A stretch of 64,000 nt of DNA, from contig CAVYSE010000003.1 of NCBI GenBank assembly GCA_963771075.1, forward strand, positions 128,001 through 192,000. The letters are read 5' to 3'. Below, in pieces: positions 1 through 10,507 of the stretch. Under the pieces are notes generated by a model that was not told the DNA's origin, ran no database searches, and worked only from the letters and a program-made list of their open reading frames with translations. Each line of letters starts with the position of its first letter. Within the stretch, counting starts at the first letter, position 1. The translations under genes were made by a program, and so were the position numbers. Origin of the DNA: a candidate division FCPU426 bacterium (GTDB lineage Bacteria; Oederibacteriota; Muellerivitia; Muellerivitales; Muellerivitaceae).

Positions 1-119
1 GAAGAACATCGAACGATAGACTGCATGCGAAACTACGAAATCATTTTTAAGGGCTTTTGTCCATTCCAACGAGCGCTGGATAAAACTTTTCCGCTCTCAG
101 CGGGGAAAGTCTTCATTTT

Positions 120-1469
120 TCAGAGGGAATATTTTTTTATTTTATTAAAAAGGGTCTTCCTGGAAATTCCCAGCAGTTCCGCGGCCTTGGATTTGTTCCA
201 CTTCATTTCCAGCAAGGCCTTTTCGATCCTGCTTTTCTCGTCCGGGTTGGTAGGCGTCATATCGTCCCCCTCCGGCGGGAGATGGGAGGTCTCCTCCTCA
301 AACATCATGATCTCGTCGGGAATGTCACCCACGGTGATCTTGGGACCCCGGGTATTGATGACCATCCGGTTGATGGCGTTTTTCAATTCCCGCACGTTGC
401 CCGGCCAGGAATAGGCCTGCAATTCCTGAATGACCTCCGCCGGCAGGACATCGAGTTTTTTATCGAACGCCTGGCAGGCTTCCTTCCAGAAAAAGCGGGC
501 CAATTCGGTCACGTCGTTGGGCCGGCTCCGGAGGGGGGGAAGTTTCAAGGGGATGACATTGAGACGGTAATAAAGATCGGCGCGGAACTTGCCTTCCCGG
601 GTTTCCTTTTCCAGGTCCCGGTTGGTCGCTGCGATGATCCGGACGTCCAGTAGGACCTCCTTCACCCCGCCCAAGCGGCGCAACTTGTGGTCTTCCAATA
701 CCTTTAAAAGCTTGGTCTGGGTGGAAAGGGGCATTTCCCCCACCTCATCCAGGAACAGGCTCCCTCCTTGGGCGGCCTCGAAAAGCCCGAGCTTCTGCTT
801 GCGCGCGTCCGTGAAGGCGCCGGCCTCGTATCCGAAAAGCTCGGATTCCATGAGGGTCTCGGGGAGGGCTCCACAATGAAGTTCCACGAAGGGCTTGGCC
901 GAACGGGGGGAAAGGTAATGGATGAGCTTGGCCGCGTGTTCCTTGCCCGTGCCCGTTTCCCCCAGGATCAGGGCCGTCACCTTGTCGAGCTGGGCCAGTT
1001 TCTCGATTTTCTCGTAGACCTGGGCCATGGCGGGATCGGAAAGGAACAGGTATTCGTGGGCGAACTGGTCCTGGAGGTACTTCTTCAAGACAGCGACTTC
1101 CTTCCGCAAGCCGAGCTTCTCGCTCGAGCGGTTCAAAACAATTTGCAAGTCGTCCAGGTTCAGGGGTTTTTGGAGATAGTCCTCCGCGCCGGAGCGGATG
1201 GCTTCCACCGCGGTCTTGATGGCCGCGGCCGCGGTCATGATCACGACGCCCACATTGGGATGGTCCTTGCGAAAACCGTCCAGGAGTTCCAGTCCATTGA
1301 TGTCGGGCAGGTAGAGGTCGAGCAGGATCAGGTCCGGCTTAAAGTCCCGGGCCATCTGCTTACCTTCCGCCCCCGTGTAAGCCGAGAAGGTTTCATGGCC
1401 CAATTCCAACAAGAAGGGGGACAGGGCCACATGCATGGATTTCTCATCGTCAATAAGTAGTATTTTCAT
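120..1469 (-). CDS. Sigma-54-dependent response regulator (NtrC/AtoC family; REC-AAA+-Fis HTH)
   Basis: N-terminal REC domain (LLIDDE...LLDLYLP), GETGTGKE Walker A, GAFTDA loop, WPGNVRELKN, C-terminal KAAELLGISRKTL HTH. Confidence 0.95.
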   Translation of the reverse strand: MKILLIDDEKSMHVALSPFLLELGHETFSAYTGAEGKQMARDFKPDLILLDLYLPDINGLELLDGFRKDHPNVGVVIMTAAAAIKTAVEAIRSGAEDYLQKPLNLDDLQIVLNRSSEKLGLRKEVAVLKKYLQDQFAHEYLFLSDPAMAQVYEKIEKLAQLDKVTALILGETGTGKEHAAKLIHYLSPRSAKPFVELHCGALPETLMESELFGYEAGAFTDARKQKLGLFEAAQGGSLFLDEVGEMPLSTQTKLLKVLEDHKLRRLGGVKEVLLDVRIIAATNRDLEKETREGKFRADLYYRLNVIPLKLPPLRSRPNDVTELARFFWKEACQAFDKKLDVLPAEVIQELQAYSWPGNVRELKNAINRMVINTRGPKITVGDIPDEIMMFEEETSHLPPEGDDMTPTNPDEKSRIEKALLEMKWNKSKAAELLGISRKTLFNKIKKYSL

Positions 1470-4400
1470 AGTGGATCCCCCTCAAGCGGACCACTATTTT
1501 GCTCTTGCCAGACGGGCAGTTCAACCAGTAAAGCCGTCCCCCGCGGGAGGCTTTCCACACGGATAGCCCCACCATGGTCTTCCACGATCCTTTTGCTGAC
1601 CGAAAGGCCCAATCCGGACCCGCTTTTCTTGGTGGTGAAAAAAGGCTCAAACAGGCGCGCGCGGGCCTCCGGGGTGATACCCGAGCCGTTATCCTCGACC
1701 CTTACGATCACCTTTTGGCCTTCCGCCGCGCATCCCAGGGTCAGCTGTCCTTCCCGTTCCATCGCCTGGTAGGCGTTCAGGATCAAGTTCACCATGACCT
1801 GGCGGATCCGGTTGGCATTCACCCAAACGAAAAACTGTCCCGTTTCAAGGGTCCACCGCACCTGAACGCGGGATTGACGCGGGCCGAATTGCACCTGCAC
1901 GAACCGCAGGGACGTTTGCAGGAGGTCCCGGATATCCATCCTCTCCCGTTCCTGGGTCGTGTTTTCCCGGGACATGTCCAGCGTGTCGTTCACCAGCTGC
2001 TTCAACCGTTCGGCCTGGTCCAGGATATTCTGGACCTGGATCTCGGCCTCGGGCTGTTCCTTCAGTTTCCGTTTCAGGTATTGGGCGGACAGACCAATGC
2101 CGGATAAGGGATTCCGGATCTCATGGGCCAGGCCCGCCGCCATTTCGCCGATGGCTCCCAGCCGGGTGTATTTGAGCAGGATCTGCTCGGCGTTCTTGCG
2201 CTCGGTCAAATCGCGGAAAACGGCGGCGGCCGCCATTTGTCCCTCGAAGAGGATCCCGAAACTGATCACCTCCACCGGGATGGATTGTCCGTTCTTCTTA
2301 AGGATCCGCCTTTCCACCGGCGGGTTCACCGCGGCAATATCTCCCAGCGTCCGGATCCTGCCATGAATCTTTTCCTTTTCCTCGGCCGGTACCACCTTAT
2401 CCCAGGGCTCACCCGCCAATTCCTCCAATTCCGAATAACCCAGCATCCTTAAAAAGGCGGGGTTCACATAAAGGACCAGATCCTGGGTATGAATCATCAT
2501 CGCATCCGGCGACCGTTCGATGAGGTTTCGGAAACTCTGTTCCGATTTGATCAATTCCGACTGGGCCAGGACGCTTTCGGTCACGTCGCGGTAATTAAAA
2601 ACCAGCCCCCCGACGGAAGGATACTCCATCAGGTTGTAGCCCGACCCCTCGATGTATCTCCAGGACCCATTTTTATGTTTCAAGCGCAACCGGGTGGTCG
2701 GGGAAGGGTTGGTCTTGTTAATCAATGTTTTGAATTCATCATTCAATCGTTCCAAATCATCCGGATGGATCCGGTCCCGAAAATCGACCCCGACCCTCTC
2801 CGTGGGATCGAAACCCAGGACCCGGTGAATGGAAGGGCTGATATAACGGATTTTCCCCTCCGGGCTCAGCAGAATGATCACGTCATAGGCGTTCTCGATC
2901 AGGCTCCGGAAATAATCCTCGGAATTCTTCAGGGCCTCCTCGGCAACGACCCTTTCCGTCACGTCCCGGTAATTCAGGATGATGCCCTGGACCGCCGGGC
3001 TGTGGAGCAAATTGGTACCCATGCCCTCGATATTCCTCCAGGTCCCGTCCTTATGGCGTACCCGGGCGCGGGCATGAAGCGTCTCCCCTGGGCGTAGGAC
3101 GAGCTTCTCCAATTTGCGGAACAGTTCCAGGCGATCGTCCGGATGGACGATCTCCAGGAACTGCCGGCCCGCCCTTTCCGCGGGCGTATAACCCAATATC
3201 TTCTCGATGGAGGGGCTGATGTATTGATTCGTGCCATCCTTCGCGATGAGGGTAATGATGTCGTGGGAATTTTCGATCAAACCCCTGAATTTTTCTTCCG
3301 ATTGCCTTAAGGCCCTTTCCGAGTTCTTTTTCTCGGTCAAATCGTAGAGAACGGCCATCGAGGCGGTTTCACCCTGGAAGGTCACGGAAAGGCTGACCGT
3401 CTCGGTCTCCAACACGCTTCCGTCCTTCCTCAAAAACCTTCGTTCGACCGGGGGATTGGAAATCCCGGGTGATTTTAATTGCGCGATCCGGGCCGCCACC
3501 TCATCCCGTTCCTCGGGATGGACATCGAGGAGGGGGGACCGTCCGAGGAGTTCCTCGGCCCTTTGATAGCCCAACAGCTTGAGGAAGGCCTCGTTCATAT
3601 ATTTGTTTTTAAGCTGGCTGTGGATCACGATGGCGACGGGAAGCTTGTCCATCACGGTCCGGAAGCTTTCTTCCGAACGCCGTAGGGCGTCTTCCACCCT
3701 TTTCCGTTCGGTCACGTCCCTGAAGTTGAGGATGATCCCCCGGACCAGGGGATTGTCCAGGTGATTGGTGGCCGAGGCCTCAAAATGTCTCCATTCGCCC
3801 TGGGCGTTCTTCAGCCGGAGGAAGCCGTTAAAGATGGCTTTCGGTTTTTTCATCAATTCCAGGTAGGAATGGCGGATGGGCGCTTGGTCCTCGGGATGGA
3901 CGATCTCGAAAAAGGACCGGCCCAATCGGTCTTGAATTCGATATCCGAGGATCTTCTCGTAGAAGGGGCTGATATAGGTGGACCGCCCCCGGTCGTCCAC
4001 CAAAGCCACCACGTCATGGGAATTCTCGATCAGGCTCCTGAACTTTTCCTCGGATTCGCGCAATTCGGTTTCCGCCCGATGGCGCTCCGTGATGTCACGC
4101 GCGTTGATGACGACCCCCCGGATCAGGGGATCCATCATCAAATTCTTCCCGGCGATCTCCATGGCGACCCATCGGCCGTCCTTGTGCCTTACGCGCGCCG
4201 TGAAAACGATCATCCCCCCTGGTTTTTCGAGGGTCTTTCGGATGGGGCCCCGCACCTTTTCGCTATCATCGGGGTGGAGAAAATCAAAAATCGTGGTGCC
4301 GGACCGCTCGCCCGGCTGATAGCCCAACAAACGTTCCACCGAGGGGCTCTCATAAACCCTTTTCCCGTCCCGGTCGAGGATATAAACCAGATCGTGCGAG

Positions 4401-5275
4401 TGGTCGATCAGGGCCCGGAAATACCTTTCCTTTTGCCTTAGATCCTCCACCGACAGGAGATTATCGGTCACATCCCGGTAATTGACGATGATTCCCTGGA
4501 CCGCCGGGTTATCCATCCGGTTCGTGGCCGTTACATCCATAGAACGCCAGGAACCATCCTGGTGCTTTACCCTCACCAGGTCCCGGAGGGTCATTCCAGG
4601 TTTTCGGGCCAGCGACCGCAGTTTTTGTTGGACCTTTTTCAAGTCATCGGGATGGATAAGCTCAAAAAAATTCTTTCCTTTTCGAATTTCGTTTTTATAC
4701 CCCAGGACCTTCTCGTAGGAAGGGCTGGTATAAAGGGAAAACCCGTCCGGCCTGATGAGGGAAACGACGTCGTGGATGTTCTCGATGAGACTACGGAATT
4801 TATCCTCGGAAGCCCTTAAAGCGGACTGCGCTTCCTTTTGGGAACTGACATCCCTGAAACTCACCACCACGCCACGAATGGAAGGGTCGTTCAAGCGATT
4901 GATCGCGGTTACTTCGGTATGAACCCAGTGGCCCTTTTTGTGGCGGGTGCGCACTTCCAAGGAATAGGATCTTCCCGGGTGGGCCAGGAGGTTTTTAAAG
5001 GTCTCCCGGACCTTCCCCACATCATCCGGATGGGTGGTTTGATAGACCGTTTTGCCTTTGCGTTCCCCGGGCCTGTAACCCAAGACTTTTTCGGTCGAGG
5101 GGCTTTCATATAACCCCAGGCCCTTACGGTCGAGAATCAAAATGGCATCCTGGACATTTTCGATCAATCCCCGGAACCTTTTTTCGGAAATGGGACTGGA
5201 TTCCCCGGGGATGGGGGCCGGAGGGCGCGTTTTTTTCCTTTTTGGGGAATTCAACCGTTTGGAAGGTTTTTTCAT
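1466..5275 (-). CDS. Cytoplasmic sensor histidine kinase with 8 tandem PAS/PAC domains
   Basis: Eight SExxFRxLIEN-type PAS starts; HEIRNPL H-box; NLILNA, DNGSGI, FFTTK, GSGLGL boxes; 4-bp overlap with the regulator; start placed at MKKPSK. Confidence 0.92.
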   Translation of the reverse strand: MKKPSKRLNSPKRKKTRPPAPIPGESSPISEKRFRGLIENVQDAILILDRKGLGLYESPSTEKVLGYRPGERKGKTVYQTTHPDDVGKVRETFKNLLAHPGRSYSLEVRTRHKKGHWVHTEVTAINRLNDPSIRGVVVSFRDVSSQKEAQSALRASEDKFRSLIENIHDVVSLIRPDGFSLYTSPSYEKVLGYKNEIRKGKNFFELIHPDDLKKVQQKLRSLARKPGMTLRDLVRVKHQDGSWRSMDVTATNRMDNPAVQGIIVNYRDVTDNLLSVEDLRQKERYFRALIDHSHDLVYILDRDGKRVYESPSVERLLGYQPGERSGTTIFDFLHPDDSEKVRGPIRKTLEKPGGMIVFTARVRHKDGRWVAMEIAGKNLMMDPLIRGVVINARDITERHRAETELRESEEKFRSLIENSHDVVALVDDRGRSTYISPFYEKILGYRIQDRLGRSFFEIVHPEDQAPIRHSYLELMKKPKAIFNGFLRLKNAQGEWRHFEASATNHLDNPLVRGIILNFRDVTERKRVEDALRRSEESFRTVMDKLPVAIVIHSQLKNKYMNEAFLKLLGYQRAEELLGRSPLLDVHPEERDEVAARIAQLKSPGISNPPVERRFLRKDGSVLETETVSLSVTFQGETASMAVLYDLTEKKNSERALRQSEEKFRGLIENSHDIITLIAKDGTNQYISPSIEKILGYTPAERAGRQFLEIVHPDDRLELFRKLEKLVLRPGETLHARARVRHKDGTWRNIEGMGTNLLHSPAVQGIILNYRDVTERVVAEEALKNSEDYFRSLIENAYDVIILLSPEGKIRYISPSIHRVLGFDPTERVGVDFRDRIHPDDLERLNDEFKTLINKTNPSPTTRLRLKHKNGSWRYIEGSGYNLMEYPSVGGLVFNYRDVTESVLAQSELIKSEQSFRNLIERSPDAMMIHTQDLVLYVNPAFLRMLGYSELEELAGEPWDKVVPAEEKEKIHGRIRTLGDIAAVNPPVERRILKKNGQSIPVEVISFGILFEGQMAAAAVFRDLTERKNAEQILLKYTRLGAIGEMAAGLAHEIRNPLSGIGLSAQYLKRKLKEQPEAEIQVQNILDQAERLKQLVNDTLDMSRENTTQERERMDIRDLLQTSLRFVQVQFGPRQSRVQVRWTLETGQFFVWVNANRIRQVMVNLILNAYQAMEREGQLTLGCAAEGQKVIVRVEDNGSGITPEARARLFEPFFTTKKSGSGLGLSVSKRIVEDHGGAIRVESLPRGTALLVELPVWQEQNSGPLEGDPL

Positions 5276-5495
5276 TTGAATCCGTTTTCCGGAATATAAA
5301 CTCCGCTCCCCCAATGGAAAGCTTTCTCGAACGCTCCTAGTATAAATCAAAAATTCAAGGCCCCTGCGGCCCAAAGTTCGCCGCAAAAACCAAAGTTTCT
5401 TTGGATCTGCCGGATAGGATTCACTTCCAGGTTTTGTTACCATGGACCCGCTTTTGAGTCCCCGCGCTTCAAGCCTTAACCAACCCGAGGAAAGC

Positions 5496-6161
5496 ATGAA
5501 ATCCCTTCAAGTCTCCGCGTCCGTCCTATCCGCCGATTTCGGCCAATTATTGGCCGATGCGCTCAAGGCCGTGGAAGCGGGGGTGGATATGCTTCACATG
5601 GACGTCATGGACGGCCATTTTGTCCCCAACCTCACCTTTGGCGCCCCCGTCATCAGCTCCCTCAAGGGCAAGGTCCCGGTTCCCATCGACAGCCACCTCA
5701 TGATCGAGAACGCCGACAAATACATCCCCGATTTCGCCAAGGCGGGTTCCTCCTATATTCTCTTTCACGCGGAGGCGGTGCTGGAACCCAAACAAGTGAT
5801 CTCGCAGATCCTGTCCCATGGTTGTAAACCCGGAATGGTCCTGAACCCGGACACAAGCGAGGACATGGTCAAGCCCTTCGCCTCCAAGCTGGAATATGTG
5901 CTTTTCATGTCGGTCTTTCCAGGATTCGCGGGGCAATCTTTTATTCCTTCGGTCGTTCCCAAAATCGCCCGTTTCTCCCGTTGGTGCCGGGAGGAGGGTT
6001 TGGACCCGGTCATTGGCGTGGACGGGGGTATTTCCCCCAAAACCGCGCCCCTAGTCGTGGAGGCGGGGGCGAACCTGTTGGTGGCGGCGACGGCGATCTT
6101 TAAGGCCCCAGACATGGCCCAGGCCGTACGAGAATTGAAAAAAGCGGGACAAAAGACTTAG
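5496..6161 (+). CDS. rpe: Ribulose-phosphate 3-epimerase
   Basis: SVLSADF, HMDVMDGHFVPNLTFG, DSHLMI, VDGGI motifs; GAGG RBS upstream of ATG 5496. Confidence 0.96.
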   Translation: MKSLQVSASVLSADFGQLLADALKAVEAGVDMLHMDVMDGHFVPNLTFGAPVISSLKGKVPVPIDSHLMIENADKYIPDFAKAGSSYILFHAEAVLEPKQVISQILSHGCKPGMVLNPDTSEDMVKPFASKLEYVLFMSVFPGFAGQSFIPSVVPKIARFSRWCREEGLDPVIGVDGGISPKTAPLVVEAGANLLVAATAIFKAPDMAQAVRELKKAGQKT

Positions 6162-6218
6162 AAGCCGGAACAAACCTCAAATATTCACCGCGAAAACGCG
6201 AAGAAAGCATGATGAAAT

Positions 6219-8270
6219 ATGAAATTCCTTAGGCATGGAATAGTCTTCAATACTAAATTATCCGTCTTTGCCTTCCTATGCGTCTTCGCGGTTCCATTTT
6301 GCCTTTTGTTTTCCGGGTGCGCCACCGAACCTCCCCTTCCGACCGAAAAAGCGGAAACCGACCCGACCCTCGCCTTGCTGTCCCAGGCCTCCACCCAATT
6401 GTCCGCCCCGGACGCACCCGAATGGATCCGGGCCACAGATGAGGCGGCCGCCGAATGGGGCATCGACAAAAGCCTGAAAATCTCCGTCCGGGAGATTTGG
6501 GCGGCTCGGGCGAAGCCCAGCCAGCCCCTTCCGCCCTTATTCGTCGTCAATACCGACTCCCAAGAATTTAAGGTCGATTCCCTGAAGCGCTATAGCTTGA
6601 ACGCGGATGGCTCCGTTTCCCCATCCTCCGACCCGGGAGAATGCAGATATTCGCCGGTTGCCCCCGATCTTCCGCCCGGCTTGGCTTGCGTCACCATGGT
6701 CCAACTACCCGAGTTAAACGCGGGCGAGGCCCTTGAAGTGCGCTATACCCTCCGAACGAAAACCCTCAACCTGTCCCCCAGCAAGCCCGTTTCCGATGTT
6801 TCCGCTTCCCTGCGTCCCGTCCGGAGCGAGGGAAGTTTCGCCTTTTCATGGAATGATTTCGTTCCGGCCATGGACCGGGGCTTGACCGTGACGTTTCCGA
6901 AAGACCTGCGCCTTTACGCGGTCAACCTGAGATTTCCCGGTAATGACCAACCGCTGGATACGATCGAAGGCACCCAACACCGCCTGGGTTTCAGCCTTCC
7001 TTCCTCTCCCGCCACCCTGACCCAGGAAATCTTCGCTCCTCCCCGGTGGGATCTCTCCCCCTTTACGGGTTTCACCTTGAATAAAAATTGGGAAGAATCG
7101 GTCATGCCCTACCGCAAACGCCTGCAACAATTCCTGAACGGGGACCTCAAGGCGGTCAACGAGCAACTGGCGGACGCTTTGGGCAACACGACCTTGGCCT
7201 TGGCCGACCGCTTAGGCAAAATGAAGACGGCGGTTCATCAAAAGGTGGAATTCGTGGATACCGGCCTCCCGGTCTACTTGAATCCGGACCGGAGCCTGGC
7301 CGACATATTGGCCAGCGGTAAGGGTTCCGCCCACGATATGGCCATGCTTTTCGCCTGTGCCCTGAAAGCCATGCGGTTGAACCCCCAGGTCTATTTGTTC
7401 CGCAAGACGGATTCGGGGGACTTGGTGGGTAATCTGCCGGCCCTGGCCCAGCTCGACGGGGTCCTGGTGGCGGTGGAGGCTTCGGATAAAAGCCTGATCT
7501 GGATGGACCCCACCGAACCCCTGGCCGTTCCCAATGTTTTGCCCCTCAACGCGCTGGACCGGCAAGCCCTGGCGGTCCTTTCTCCCCTTTTCTGGAAAAA
7601 CACCCCCGCCTTCATTACCAAGGATCACCGCAAGGAAAGGGATGTGACCACCCAATTGACGGCCGACGGGAGCGTGAATTGCTCGGTGGACTTGAGCGCT
7701 TACGGCTCGGCGGACCTGGCCCTGCGGCAGTTTTTCCGCCAAACCAGCCAGGAGACCCGACGCTCCCTGGTGCTTCGGGGTTTATCCAGGCGATACCCGG
7801 GTGTGGCGCTGATGGACTATCAGTCGGGTGATTACCTGGATCTTTCCAAACCCCTGACCCTTCACTACTCGTTCTCCGTACCCCATTACGCGGAGCCACT
7901 TCCCAAAAAGGGGTGGAAAATATTCCCAATGGTGTTTGATGACGTTGAGGAATTCTTGACGGGCTTGAGGGAAACGAGGATCAACCCGGTGGTGGCGCCC
8001 CAAAATTTCAACTCCATTACCCGTGAGGTCTTCACCCTTCCCATCGGATTTGTTTGGGGGGAACTGCCCAAGGGAATCACCTATTCCAACAGCGTGGCCG
8101 AATTCAACAATGACTCCAAACTTCAATTCGGCGCCCTATCGCTCGATAGGGACTTGGGTCTTAAACAACGCGTGGTCAAACCTGGCAAGGATTACGAGGA
8201 GCTCCAGGCTTTTTATCAAGTTCTTTTGACCCAGGACCGGACGCCCTTTAAGGCCTTGTTCAACAAGTAA
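6219..8270 (+). CDS. Lipoprotein, DUF3857/transglutaminase-like
   Basis: Lipobox FSGC; GKGSAHDMAMLF (degenerate GxGDCKD) and WMDPT motifs; catalytic Cys apparently absent. Confidence 0.7.
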   Translation: MKFLRHGIVFNTKLSVFAFLCVFAVPFCLLFSGCATEPPLPTEKAETDPTLALLSQASTQLSAPDAPEWIRATDEAAAEWGIDKSLKISVREIWAARAKPSQPLPPLFVVNTDSQEFKVDSLKRYSLNADGSVSPSSDPGECRYSPVAPDLPPGLACVTMVQLPELNAGEALEVRYTLRTKTLNLSPSKPVSDVSASLRPVRSEGSFAFSWNDFVPAMDRGLTVTFPKDLRLYAVNLRFPGNDQPLDTIEGTQHRLGFSLPSSPATLTQEIFAPPRWDLSPFTGFTLNKNWEESVMPYRKRLQQFLNGDLKAVNEQLADALGNTTLALADRLGKMKTAVHQKVEFVDTGLPVYLNPDRSLADILASGKGSAHDMAMLFACALKAMRLNPQVYLFRKTDSGDLVGNLPALAQLDGVLVAVEASDKSLIWMDPTEPLAVPNVLPLNALDRQALAVLSPLFWKNTPAFITKDHRKERDVTTQLTADGSVNCSVDLSAYGSADLALRQFFRQTSQETRRSLVLRGLSRRYPGVALMDYQSGDYLDLSKPLTLHYSFSVPHYAEPLPKKGWKIFPMVFDDVEEFLTGLRETRINPVVAPQNFNSITREVFTLPIGFVWGELPKGITYSNSVAEFNNDSKLQFGALSLDRDLGLKQRVVKPGKDYEELQAFYQVLLTQDRTPFKALFNK

Positions 8271-8382
8271 TTCCCCGTCGCTTCCCTTCTATTTTCTTAA
8301 TCCTTTGATAAAATTTTAACGTTTAAAACAAAGAATTGTACGAGAGCCCAACATCCAAAGTTTTTCCTCCAACCTAATCTTA

Positions 8383-10452
8383 TTGACCTTTTGCATGACA
8401 AGCGCCGTTCAGGCTGCTTCCATTTTTTTTACCGTGGATCCATCCCAAAATAACAGTCACATTTCTCCTTATAGTTACGGCTCCAATGATCGGATAACCA
8501 ATAATCCAACGACCGTGACGACTCCCACCGTCCTGCTCGTGAACAGCATTCCTTTATACAGGTTGGGGGGAAACCGCCTGACCGCTTACAACTGGGAGAA
8601 CAATGCTTCCAACGCCGGCAACGATTACGGCCCTAACCATGAGGACTGGTATATGGTCCCTGGGGGCGTGACACCCCCCGGCATGCCCGCCACGACCTTG
8701 ACCACCTTCATTCAGGCCAATAACGCCGTTACCGCCTCTTCCTTGGTCACCTTGCAAATGGCGGGTTACGTCTCCGCGGATGGGAACTGCAACTGCGATG
8801 TCACAGTGACCGGACCCAATGATACCTCCGGGACCTATTGGAAGGCGGTCAGTTTCTCAGGTGGCCCCATCTCGGGAAATCCCGTGACCACTGACAACGT
8901 TGTTTATATGGACGAGGAAGTCAATTACCTCTTGAGCGCGGTAGGTGATTCGACCTCGGGAGGCGCCAAATTTTATGATTTGGACAACGAGCCGGCCCTT
9001 TGGAATAGCACCCATCCCATGGTCCATCCGAGCCAGCCTACCTGCGCCGAAGTATCCTCCAAGGGGATCAGCCTCTCCACGGTCATCACCCGTATTGACC
9101 CCAACGCCCAAATTTTGGGGCCGGTGGCTTATGGTTGGAGTGAGTACGTCAACAACCAGGGCGCACCCGACGTGAATGTCCTGACCCCTTACACGAACGG
9201 TAACGATATCGCCTACATCAATTATTACCTGGCCCAAATGCAAACCGCCTCGGCCTCGCAGGGCCGGAGGCTTTTACACTACCTAGATTTGCATTGGTAC
9301 CCGGAAGCCACGGGTTCGCACGGAACCACCGCAGTGCGTATCACAAACAATGACACCTCCCAGGGGGTCGCCATCGCCCGAATGCAGGCGCCCCGAAGCC
9401 TGTGGGATCCCACTTATGTGGAAACCAGCTGGATTACCGCCGATTCCACCGGCAACAAACCGATCACCCTGATTCCCCGTTTACAGGCCGCTGTGAACCA
9501 GTATTACCCAGGTACCCAACTTTCCTTCTCGGAATACAATTACGGTTCAGGTGAGGACATTTCCGGGGGCGTGGCCCAGGCCGATGTCTTGGGAATCTTC
9601 GGGAAATACGGGGTTGCCGCCTGCCGTTGGGATGACGGGACCAGCAATAATTATGTGGCCGCCGCCTACAACATGTATTTGAACTACGACGGGGCCAATT
9701 CGGGTTTCGGCGACACATCCATCCTTTCCACCACGAGTTCGGTCACCGAAACATCCATTTATGCCGCCAAAGACAGCTCCCACCCCGATCTTATCAACGT
9801 GATTCTGTTGAACAAGGATTACAGCAACAGCAACACGGCCTCGGTAAACCTGAACAACCTCCTGGCGGGCCAACAAATCGCGAGCATTCGGGTTTTCCGC
9901 TTTGATACCACCACCGCTACCCTCTATACCCCTGGCGCAGCCCCCACTTTCACGTCCAATGGTTTTTCCGATACCCTGCCCTTCCGTTCAGCGACCCTCT
10001 ATGAGGTCACTTTGAACGAGGGCTTTCCCACCGCAACGCCTTCCCTCACCCCCACCCAGACCTTTACCCCAACCATCACCTGGACGCCCACCGTAACGGG
10101 TACACCGACCCAGACCGGCACGCCCACCCTCTCGCCCACCATCACATCCACGCCCATATTAAACAGCCCCAATTTGCAGCCCATTCCCTTCCCCAATCCC
10201 GTCAAATATCCCGGCCCGGTTTATGTGGCCTTCAATCTCCAAAACCAAACCCCGGTTTTGGACGTGAAGCTGTTCACCACCGCGTTCCGAAAGGTCTGGC
10301 AAACCACCGTTTATAATCTGGGGCCCGGTTACCATCAGGTACCCCTGACCCTGACCGCGACCGACGGAAACCCACTCGCCAATGGCCTTTATTACGTCGT
10401 GCTCACCGACCGAAAAAACCAGGCGGTCGGGAAATGGCTGATTTTCCTTTAA
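8383..10452 (+). CDS. Glycoside hydrolase family 44 (endoglucanase/xyloglucanase) with Thr-Pro linker and C-terminal sorting-like domain
   Basis: RLGGNRLTAYNWENNASNAGND, LDNEPALW, DLHWYPEA, SEYNYG motifs; TPT repeats; PFPNP...ANGLYY tail; start uncertain. Confidence 0.9.
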   Translation: MTFCMTSAVQAASIFFTVDPSQNNSHISPYSYGSNDRITNNPTTVTTPTVLLVNSIPLYRLGGNRLTAYNWENNASNAGNDYGPNHEDWYMVPGGVTPPGMPATTLTTFIQANNAVTASSLVTLQMAGYVSADGNCNCDVTVTGPNDTSGTYWKAVSFSGGPISGNPVTTDNVVYMDEEVNYLLSAVGDSTSGGAKFYDLDNEPALWNSTHPMVHPSQPTCAEVSSKGISLSTVITRIDPNAQILGPVAYGWSEYVNNQGAPDVNVLTPYTNGNDIAYINYYLAQMQTASASQGRRLLHYLDLHWYPEATGSHGTTAVRITNNDTSQGVAIARMQAPRSLWDPTYVETSWITADSTGNKPITLIPRLQAAVNQYYPGTQLSFSEYNYGSGEDISGGVAQADVLGIFGKYGVAACRWDDGTSNNYVAAAYNMYLNYDGANSGFGDTSILSTTSSVTETSIYAAKDSSHPDLINVILLNKDYSNSNTASVNLNNLLAGQQIASIRVFRFDTTTATLYTPGAAPTFTSNGFSDTLPFRSATLYEVTLNEGFPTATPSLTPTQTFTPTITWTPTVTGTPTQTGTPTLSPTITSTPILNSPNLQPIPFPNPVKYPGPVYVAFNLQNQTPVLDVKLFTTAFRKVWQTTVYNLGPGYHQVPLTLTATDGNPLANGLYYVVLTDRKNQAVGKWLIFL

Positions 10453-10507
10453 CCGGGCCCGCTCTCCGACCTTGCAATTTGCAATTTATAAGCTTTATAA
10501 GATTCCA

